A stretch of 64,000 bases of DNA from Eledone cirrhosa (Eukaryota). The stretch is from the NCBI GenBank assembly GCA_964016885.1, contig OZ024765.1:4774001-4838000 (forward strand), in the 5' to 3' direction. Below are positions 54,612 to 64,000 of this stretch, in pieces. The stretch's first letter is position 1, and the number at the start of each line of letters is the position of its first letter. The notes under the pieces were generated by a model. It saw only the letters and a program-made list of their open reading frames with translations. It was not told the origin of the DNA and did no database searches. A program made the position numbers and the translations under genes.

Positions 54612-54910
54612 GTGGGGGAGAGATATAGATAGATAGCTACAGCTCAAATCCTTAATTGGTTGCTAAACTTTGAATACATAAAATGATTTTTTGTCTTCTG
54701 CTCACCCCACCTCCTCACACACACACCCATATATATATATATATATATAGATATACACATATATGTATATATATATACATAGGGGTGTGTTAAATTGGTA
54801 GTTACAGTACATGCAAGAAAAGTGACTAGATTTGTGGAACGCATGCAAATTAAGTAAAAATAACAGTCTATATATATGTGTATATATATATATGTATGTA
54901 TATATACATA

Positions 54911-54944
<34 letters not shown>

Positions 54945-55053
54945 CATACATATATATACATATATATACATGTATGTATATATATAATATACATATAAAT
55001 ATATATATATGTATATATATATATTTGTATATATATGTATATATATATATATT

Positions 55054-55112
<59 letters not shown>

Positions 55113-55125
55113 GTGTATATATATA

Positions 55126-55175
<50 letters not shown>

Positions 55176-55188
55176 GTGTATATATATA

Positions 55189-55238
<50 letters not shown>

Positions 55239-55257
55239 GTGTATATATATAATATAC

Positions 55258-55298
<41 letters not shown>

Positions 55299-55719
55299 CA
55301 AATGATATAACAGCAGCAACAACAAGAACAACAACAACAATAAATTGCAGAAGATTGAAAATAAGAAAAACAAAGACAGGAATCAATAAAAAATAAAAAT
55401 TATTGGTTTGGAAAGAAAATGAAGAATTTCATTGAAAGAAATATACGAGTGATTGATAAAAATCAATATCTGTAGATATAATGTTTTCTGAAATTAGTAT
55501 TATGGTAGAAATTTGCTGGCATTGGGTTAGTTGATTGAAACATTCATCAATATTTTACTGGTACTTTCTTGATCTTGATCTTGATCCAGGGTCTTGAAAT
55601 CACTCACAGCGGACTCTTTCCACTGACTTTTGTCCCTTGTAAGTCTTTGCCATGACGGTCCCAGCTGCTTGGGGATTTCGTCTCCCCATGAGTATCCCAG
55701 ATGGTTGGTGAGGTTGTCA

Positions 55720-58700
55720 ATTTTTGTAGAATATTCAACCAATTTTTGTTGAAAATTTAGTCAATTTTTGTTGAAAGTTTAGTCAATTTTTGTTGAAAAT
55801 TTAGTCAATTTTTGTTGAAAATTTAGTCAATTTTTGTTGAAAATTTAGTCAAATTATGTTGAAAATTTAGCCAATTTTTGTTGAAGATTTAGTCAAATTA
55901 TGCTGAAAATTTAGTCAATTCTTGTTGAAAATTTTTGTTACAATTTAGTCAATTTTGCCATTGTTTGTTGAAAATTCAGCCAATTTTTGTTGAAGATTTA
56001 GTCAATGTTTGTTGAAAATTTAGTCAAATTATGTTGAAAATTTAGTCAATGTTTGTTGAAAATTTAGTCAATTTTTGTTAAAAATTTAGTCAATTTTTGT
56101 TGAGAATTTAGCCAATTTTTGTTAAAAATTTAGTCGATTTTTATTGAAAATTTAGTCAATTTTTGTTGAAAATTTAGTCAATTTTTGTTGAAAATTTAGT
56201 CAATTTTTGTTGAAAATTTAGGCAATTTTTGATGAAGATTTAATCAATTTTTGTTGAAAATTTAGTCAATTTTTGTTAAAAATTTAGTCCAATTTTTGTT
56301 GAAAATTTAGTCAATTTTTGTTGAAAATTTAGTCAATTTTTTAAAAAAATTTAGTCAACTTTTGTTGAAAATTTAGTCAAAATATGTTGAAAATTTAGTC
56401 AATTTTTGTAGAAAATTTAGTCAATTTTTGTTGAAAATTTAGTCAATTTTCGTTGAAAATTTAGTCAATTTTCGTTGAAAATTTAGCCAATTTTTGTTGA
56501 AAATTTAGTCAATTTTTGTTGAAAATTTAGTCAATTTTTGTTGAAAATTTAGGCAATTTTTGATGAAGATTTACTCAATTTTTGTTGAAAATTTAGTCAA
56601 TTTTTGTTAAAAATTTAGTCCAATTTTTGTTGAAAATTTAGTCAATTTTTGTTGAAAATTTAGTCAATTTTTAAAAAAAATTTAGTCAACTTTTGTTGAA
56701 AATTTAGTCAAAATATGTTGAAAATTTAGTCAATTTTTGTTAAAAATTTAGTCAATTTTTGTAGAAAATTTAGTCAATTTTTGTTGAAAATTTAGTCAAT
56801 TTTTTAAAAAAATTTAGTCAACTTTTGTTGAAAATTTAGTCAAATTATGTTGAAAATTTAGTCAATTTTTGTTGAAAATTTAGTCAATTTTTGCTGAAAA
56901 TTTAGTCAATTTTTGTTGAAAATTTAGCCAATTTTTGATGAAGATTTAATCTATTTTTGTTAAAAACTTAGTCAATTTTTATTGAAATTTTAGCCAATTT
57001 TTGTTGAAAATTTCGTCAATTTTTGTTTAAAATTCAGCCAATTTTTGTTAAAAATTTCGTCAATTTTTGTTGAAAATTCAGCCAACTTTTGTTGAAAATT
57101 TAGTCAATTTTTCTTTAAAATTTCGCCAAATTTTGTTGAAAATTCAGCCAATTTTTGTTAAAAATTTAGTCAATTTTTGTTGAAAATTTCGCCAATTTTT
57201 GTTTAAAATTCAGCCAATTTTGTTGAAAATTCAGCCAATTTTTGTTAAAAATTTAGTCAATTTTTGTTGAAAATTTCGCCAATTTTTGTTGAAAATTTCG
57301 CCAACTTTTGTTGAAAATTTAGTCAATTTTTCTTTAAAATTTCGCCAAATTTTGTTGAAAATTCAGCCAATTTTTGTTAAAAATTTAGTCAATTTTTGTT
57401 GAAAATTTCGCCAATTTTTGTTGAAAATTCAGCCAATTTTTGTTGAAAATTCAGCCAATTTTTGTTAAAAATTTAGTCAATTTTTGTTGAAAATTTAGTC
57501 AATTTTTGTTGAAAATTTAGTCAATTTTTAAAAAAAATTTAGTCAAAATATGTTGAAAATTTAGTCAATTTTTGTTAAAAATTTAGTCAATTTTTGTTGA
57601 AAATTTAGTCAATTTTTGTTGAAAATTTAGTCAATTTTTGTTGAAAATTTAGTCAATTTTTGTTGCAAATTTAGGCAATTTTTGATGAAGATTTAATCAA
57701 TTTTTGTTGAAAATTTAGTCAATTTTTGTTAAAAATTTAGTCCAATTTTTGTAGAAAATTTAGTCAATTTTTGTTGAAAATTTAGTCAATTTTTTAAAAA
57801 ATTTAGTCAACTTTTGTTGAAAATTTAGTCAATTTTTTAAAAAATTTAGTCAACTTTTGTTAAAAATTTAGTCAATTTTTATTGAAATTTTAGCCAATTT
57901 TTGTTGAAAATTTCGTCAATTTTTGTTTAAAATTCAGCCAATTTTTGTTAAAAATTTCGTCAATTTTTGTTGAAAATTCAGCCAACTTTTGTTGAAAATT
58001 TAGTCAATTTTTCTTTAAAATTTCGCCAAATTTTGTTGAAAATTCAGCCAATTTTTGTTAAAAATTTAGTCAATTTTTGTTGAAAATTTCGCCAATTTTT
58101 GTTTAAAATTCAGCCAATTTTTGTTGAAAATTCAGCCAATTTTTGTTAAAAATTTAATCAATTTTTGTTGAAAATTTCGCCAATTTTTGTTGAAAATTTC
58201 GCCAACTTTTGTTGAAAATTTAGTCAATTTTTCTTTAAAATTTCGCCAAATTTTGTTGAAAATTCAGCCAATTTTTGTTAAAAATTTAGTCAATTTTTGT
58301 TGAAAATTTCGCCAATTTTTGTTGAAAATTCAGCCAATTTTTGATGAAAATTCAGCCAATTTTTGTTAAAAATTTAGTCAATTTTTGTTGAAAATTTAGC
58401 CAATTTTTGTTGAAAATTTAGTCAATTTTTAAAAAAAATTTAGTCAAAATATGTTGAAAATTTAGTCAATTTTTGTTAAAAATTTAGTCAATTTTTGTTG
58501 AAAATTTAGTCAATTTTTGTTGCAAATTTAGGCAATTTTTGATGAAGATTTAATCAATTTTTGTTGAAAATTTAGTCAATTTTTGTTAAAAATTTAGTCC
58601 AATTTTTGTAGAAAATTTAGTCAATTTTTGTTGAAAATTTAGTCAATTTTTTAAAAAAATTTAGTCAACTTTTGTTGAAAATTTAGTCAATTTTTTAAAA

Positions 58701-59328
58701 AAATTTAGTCAACTTTTATTAAAAATTTAGTCAATTTTTATTGAAATTTTAGCCAATTTTTGTTGAAAATTTCGTCAATTTTTGTTTAAAATTCAGCCAA
58801 TTTTTGTTAAAAATTTCGTCAATTTTTGTTGAAAATTCAGCCAACTTTTGTTGAAAATTTAGTCAATTTTTCTTTAAAATTTCGCCAAATTTTGTTGAAA
58901 ATTCAGCCAATTTTTGTTAAAAATTTAGTCAATTTTTGTTGAAAATTTCGCCAATTTTTGTTTAAAATTCAGCCAATTTTTGTTGAAAATTCAGCCAATT
59001 TTTGTTAAAAATTTAGTCAATTTTTGTTGAAAATTTCGCCAATTTTTGTTGAAAATTTCGCCAACTTTTGTTGAAAATTTAGTCAATTTTTCTTTAAAAT
59101 TTCGCCAAATTTTGTTGAAAATTCAGCCAATTTTTGTTAAAAATTTAGTCAATTTTTGTTGAAAATTTCGCCAATTTTTGTTGAAAATTCAGCCAATTTT
59201 TGTTGAAAATTCAGCCAATTTTTGTTAAAAATTTAGTCAATTTTTGTTGAAAATTTCGCCAATTTTTGTTGAAAATTTCGCCAACTTTTGTTGAAAATTT
59301 CGCCAATTTTTGTTGAAAATTTAGCCAG
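55720..59328. repeat. 22-bp satellite, about 160 copies, with higher-order duplications
   Basis: unit AATTTTTGTTGAAAATTTAGTC; variant blocks recur at about 56981, 57881, 58740. Confidence 0.95.
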
Positions 59329-59329
59329 T

Positions 59330-59605
59330 TGAGGGTCCCAAGTCTTGGTGAGGTTGTCTCACCATCTTGTCCTTGGACGTCCTTTTGATCTTGTCCATTC
59401 TGTCACTCTGATTGCCCATCTGTTGTCACTGAGTTTCCAGATGTGGCCAGCCCATCTGTTGTCACTGAGTCACCAGATGTGACCAGCTCATCTGTTGTCA
59501 CTGAGTCACCAGATGTGACCAGCTCATCTGGTGTCACTGAGTCTCCAGATCTGGCCAGCCCATCTGTTGTCACTGAGTTGCGACATGTGGCCAGTCCATC
59601 TGTGT
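59330..59605 (-). mobile_element. RTE-like LINE fragment with 36-bp segment x about 5; 3' continuation at about 55565-55720
   Basis: minus: LSDNRWAIRVTEW..KGRPRTRW; and WGDEIPKQLGPSWQRLTRDKSQWK. Confidence 0.7.
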
Positions 59606-59729
59606 TTGTTTATCTTGATGGTTGTTATTCTTCTTGTGACGCTAAAACAGTGACGCTAAAGCCCACACTGTCCCTGTCTGTTGTATTGTCCCTTATATGT
59701 AGGCCCTTGTGGACAATAAAGAAATCATT

Positions 59730-60688
59730 ATAGAAGTTGTGTCATCTCCAGATATTCTGCCTTGACTGAGCTGCAGTCCTGGGTCAAGAAGAGACTGAGA
59801 CTTGGTGACTGGCATCTGGAAAGTTTCCAGGCACTCACTGCCCTCTACCAGGCAAGCAATACGGTCAGTGGAACTTCCACATTTGAGTTCCATAGACAAT
59901 TAGCACTTGGAGAGGCTCTGGATGTCGACGAAGTCAAACTGACCAGTCTGTTCCAGAGGACTTTTGAGCTGGGGACTATGGACAACTTCCAGAAGTCCCT
60001 TACTCGGCAGTGCTTCTAGGGGGCACTGCTCGTTCGAGACAAACTCTACAGGCATGGACGGAAGTGCTGTCGGACAGACCTACCTGAGATATGTCCTGAG
60101 CAACGAAACCATTCTGCAATCACTCATCCAGTGTCCGTGCATTACTGACTTGTGGAGTTGTGTCAAACAGCTGTTGTCCCGTGTAGAACGGATCCAGATA
60201 TCGACCGAGTCCAAAGTGAAGATCGCCCCATTGCCTTATTTTGGCCGGGAAGGGCAGGCAATTTTCCTGTCTGGGGGTGATAGCAAAAGAGGTTGTATGG
60301 TGGACCAGGTTGAAAGGACAGAAGACAGACACTTTTCTCTTCAGCCAATCCCAGTACATTTGTTAAAAGGTGAGTGAATGTGGCGAGAATGGCTCATGTG
60401 AATGGGCCTACCCTAAGCATGCACCTGTACACCTGTAGGCTGGTTAATTTGAGGAGGAGAGTGTTACCCTTCCCGGGTGCCCTCAAATTGTAGGGTGGTT
60501 CAGGATTAGTGGGGTACCTGAATCACCTCTGGGTAGTTATCCCCGCTATTGGGGAACTCTGTTGTTTGTATTTTATTGTTATTTATATGTTTTACATGTT
60601 ATATATGTAAACCCCACTGTCGCTGTCTGTTGTATTGTCCCCTATATGTCGGCCCTTGTGGCCAATAAAGTAATTATTATTATTATTA
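59730..60688 (+). mobile_element. Tx1/L1-like LINE 3' end
   Basis: DNFQKSL..C.RGAL.VRDKL...ETILQSLIQCPCITDLW; 3' UTR ends AATAAAG + (TAT)n; the 3' tail is also duplicated at about 59660-59728. Confidence 0.7.
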
Positions 60689-60689
60689 C

Positions 60690-60935
60690 TTTGATATCTC
60701 AGTCATTGATGTTATTTAACTGGAGCCTCAGATATTCAGGACGTTTCGGAGGGTTCTTGCTGTTCCCAGCAAGCATGCCTTTTGGAGTGTTCCAAAAAAG
60801 GGGGCTGGACTAATGTTCTTTAACCATCCTTGGAAGCTCTTCAAGATAGTACCTACTGCTCCTATGACAATCGGCACGACCTTCATCTCATCACAGTCCC
60901 AAATCCTTTTCAGTTCCCACTTTAAATCCTGGGAC
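60690..60935 (-). mobile_element. Dong/R4-like (RLE) LINE C-terminal fragment
   Basis: minus: QDLKWELKRIWDCDEMKVVPIVIGAVGT...KACLLGTARTLRNVL; abuts (TAA)n-type tracts. Confidence 0.75.
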
Positions 60936-61489
60936 TTATTATTGTTCTTTGAGTCTCAGTCATTGATGTTATTTAACTGGAAAGTTTCAGACTTATTATT
61001 ATTATTGTTATTATTCTGAGTTCAAATCCCGCCAAGGTTAACTTTGCCTTTCATCCTTACGGGGTCGATAAAATAAAGTACCAGTAATGCACTGGGTAAT
61101 TGCTGGCCTTGTGCCTAAAGTAGAAACAATTATTATTGTTATTATTATTATTATTATAATTATTGTGCAATGGATTGGCAGTATCGGTAGAGCATCAGAC
61201 ACCATGCTTTTCAGCATAGAGTTACGGCCCTTTGCGTTCTGAGTTCAAAACCCACCAAGGTTAACTTTGCCCTTCATCCTTACAAGGTCAATAAAATAAA
61301 GTACCAGTAATACACTGGGGTAATTGCTGGCCTTGTGCCAAAAAAGTAGAAAATTATTATTTTACAGCGTCAATAAAATAAAGTACCAGTAATGCACTGG
61401 GGTAATTGCTGGCCTTGTGCCCAAAAAGTAGAAAATTCTTCTTATTATTGTTGTTGTTAAATATTAAACTATGTGAAATGTATTTGCAG

Positions 61490-61635
61490 CCACCAGTCCC
61501 CGAGAAACAAAACAGCAAAATATCTTCCTATGTGGTGGAAATCTCGAAACCTGGAGGTAGCAAAGATATTTACATCATCCATGATGACAAAGGATTATCA
61601 AAACACCCCAAGTCAGTTTTTCATAAAACTATTGG
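61490..61635 (+). CDS. IgSF receptor exon O (FN3-4 middle)
   Basis: tttgcag / GG|gtaagt; PPVPEKQNSKISSYVVEISKPGGSKDIYIIHDDKGLSKHPKSVFHKTIG. Confidence 0.92.
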
Positions 61636-61849
61636 GTAAGTCAGCTGAATTATTACTCCTAGGGTCTACTTTAACTGAGTCTCGTTACTGGATTGCTGGT
61701 TGGGGGAGTGGGGCAATACTGGGAGGGAGGGGATGATGTGGAGGAAGCAAGGTCATGTGTGGAACATAACTTAACAAAGGTTCTTTCATAGAGATATGGT
61801 GTAAGGTTCTTACACCATAGAAATATGATGTCAGGTTCTCACTTAGAAA

Positions 61850-62092
61850 TGTAGTAGCTCTACCTGGAGTGACTCAGCTTCAGTATTCAGTAATCAGAAG
61901 AAGGGAGGTAGGTGTAAAAGCCAGACTTGCTGTCTTCAATTCAGTATTTGTGCCAACCCTCACCTATGGCCATGAATCTTGGGTAATGACTGATAAAAAT
62001 ACAATTGTGAATACATGAGGCTGAAATAGGGTTCCTCTGAAGGGTCTTTGGAGTAACATTACTTGATAAAGAACATAGCTTGGAGATCAGAC
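61850..62092 (+). mobile_element. RTE-like fragment (relative at about 1213-1425)
   Basis: KARLAVFNSVFVPTLTYGHESWVMT motif. Confidence 0.7.
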
Positions 62093-62716
62093 TACATAAT
62101 GATTACATAATGACCCCCCCATAACGAATACATAATGGCCCTGAAGTGGTTTTTTATGGTTACATATTGGTTACATACCAGTCACATAATGATCATATAT
62201 GGATTTCATGTTTGTTACATATTGGTTACATGCCAGTCACATAAGGACTACATTACAAATACATAATGGCCCCATGATAAATACATAATGACCCCATACT
62301 GTACCACCAGACAGCAGAACCTCGCAGTACAAGTGCCCCCTTGTACCAGTAATTTTCTTGTACAAGCTGAGGCTCGTGCGAATTCTTATCTTGTAGTACG
62401 AGTGGAAATCTGCAATATGAGTTTCATATAAGTGACCGCTAGTCAGTGCTGAGCTCCTACACACTCCCCCAACAAGCCCGGCCTCCACACACTCCCCCAA
62501 CACCCCGGCCTCCACACACACACACGCACATATGCGTCAGTATATGGAAAAAAAACCCTAGTTACATAATTGTTTCTAGTTTTGGCACAAGGCCAGCAAT
62601 TACTCCACTGTATTACTGGTACTTTATTTTATCGACCCCTGTAAAGATGAAAGGCAAAGTTAACTTCGGCAGGATTTGAACTCAGAATAAAACCAATTCG
62701 ATGTTGTTTGTTTCAG

Positions 62717-62829
62717 AAACCTTCATCCATGGACAACATACAAAGTACGTGTGGCTGCTATTACAGACGAGGTACCAGATGGTCAAGGACCTTTTAGTTT
62801 TGTGAAAACAATAAGGACACTGGACATAG
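62717..62829 (+). CDS. IgSF receptor exon P (FN3-4 end); gene continues beyond window
   Basis: tttcag / G|gtaagg; NLHPWTTYKVRVAAITDEVPDGQGPFSFVKTIRTLDI. Confidence 0.93.
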
Positions 62830-64000
62830 GTAAGGGAATTATTCTGGTTTCTTTTTTTTTGTTTCTTTTTTTCTTTAAATGAATAGGCTATAATAATAAT
62901 AATAATAATGAAAATATTGTGTACAGTGCTCAGGTGCACTACAACTCATCAAAGGTGAATGTATAGTACATAGAATAATGTATAAACGTCAGGAAAATGA
63001 ACAGTGCATGAGTCATGATATACACGTATGCATGTGTATGGAAGGGGGTAAACCCTATGTAGCCGGTAAACTCTAAAGGGACGCAACACACATATTCCTA
63101 TAGTGTTTCACCAGCCCCTTCCTTCCTCAATCATTCATAGATGTGTGTGTGTGTGTATGTAATAATTATTTTGTATAATGTGTCTGTTTATGAATATGTG
63201 TGAGTAGATGCGTGTGTGTGTGTGTAAGTTTGCACTTCTGTTGTCTGTGTATGTGTTTATGTATTTACCTGTAGATGTGTATGTGTGTGTATGTGTGTTT
63301 ACACCTCTGTTGCCTCTGTTTATATATTTACCTGTAGATGTGTGTATATGTAGGTTTACACCTATCTTGTATCTGTCTATATATTTACCTGTAGATTTTT
63401 GTGTGTGTGTGTGTGTGTATGTGAGTTTACACTTCTGTTGTCTCTATCTGTTTATATATTTACACGTAGATGTGTGTGTGTGTATGTATGTAGGTTTACA
63501 CCTCTGTTGTCTCTATCTGTTTATATATTTACACGTAGATGTGTGTGTGTGTATGTATGTAGGTTTACACCTCTGTTGTCTTTATCTGTTTATATATTTA
63601 CACGTAGATGTGTGTGTGTAACTAAAGAGTAACATATGTTACCAATGGACGACTATATGATTTTAACTTGTTTTTAACAATTGATGGCGGAAAAGATTTC
63701 AAATTGTCTTAACTCAGACTGTAAAAGGCCGCAACTCATGTTGTCTAACACTCTTACCGGCTACATAGCCTCTTCCTTTTTTAAATGTGTATAAAATTCA
63801 GAGTGAAGGTGAAGGCATGTGACCTGGTGGTTAGGGTATTGGGCTGAACATTATATGGCCATGGGCTCAATTCCCAGTATACTGGAGCAACACGAAATGA
63901 AGTGTTTTGCTCAAGAACACAACATACAACCCAACCCAGGAATCAAACCCACGACCTTATGACCATAAGTCCAACATCTTAACCACTGAAGCAACATCAA

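Overview
Very AT-rich, microsatellite-dense metazoan genomic DNA. The SINE/LINE repertoire and (TA)n/(CA)n/(CAT)n load suggest an octopod cephalopod, but this is inference. The whole window lies inside one + strand gene. Sixteen GT-AG exons (1477-62829) splice phase-consistently into a stop-free 730-codon segment: the end of one Ig domain, three more Ig domains and four FN3 domains. This is an IgSF cell-surface receptor or adhesion ectodomain; start and stop lie outside the window. Nearly all ORFs in the supplied track are simple-repeat artefacts. The introns hold tRNA-derived SINEs, RTE-, Tx1/L1- and Dong/R4-like LINE ends, a Penelope-like RT fragment, piggyBac-, mariner- and pogo-like MITEs and two non-autonomous Helitrons. 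Three things stand out. (1) At least six minimal type I hammerhead-ribozyme motifs (CUGAUGA...GAAA with stems I-III), five on the pre-mRNA strand, sit next to (TA)n tracts. (2) A perfect 60-bp-arm palindrome carries a hammerhead half. (3) About ten young minisatellite arrays can be traced to local tandem amplification of transposon segments, including transposon termini.
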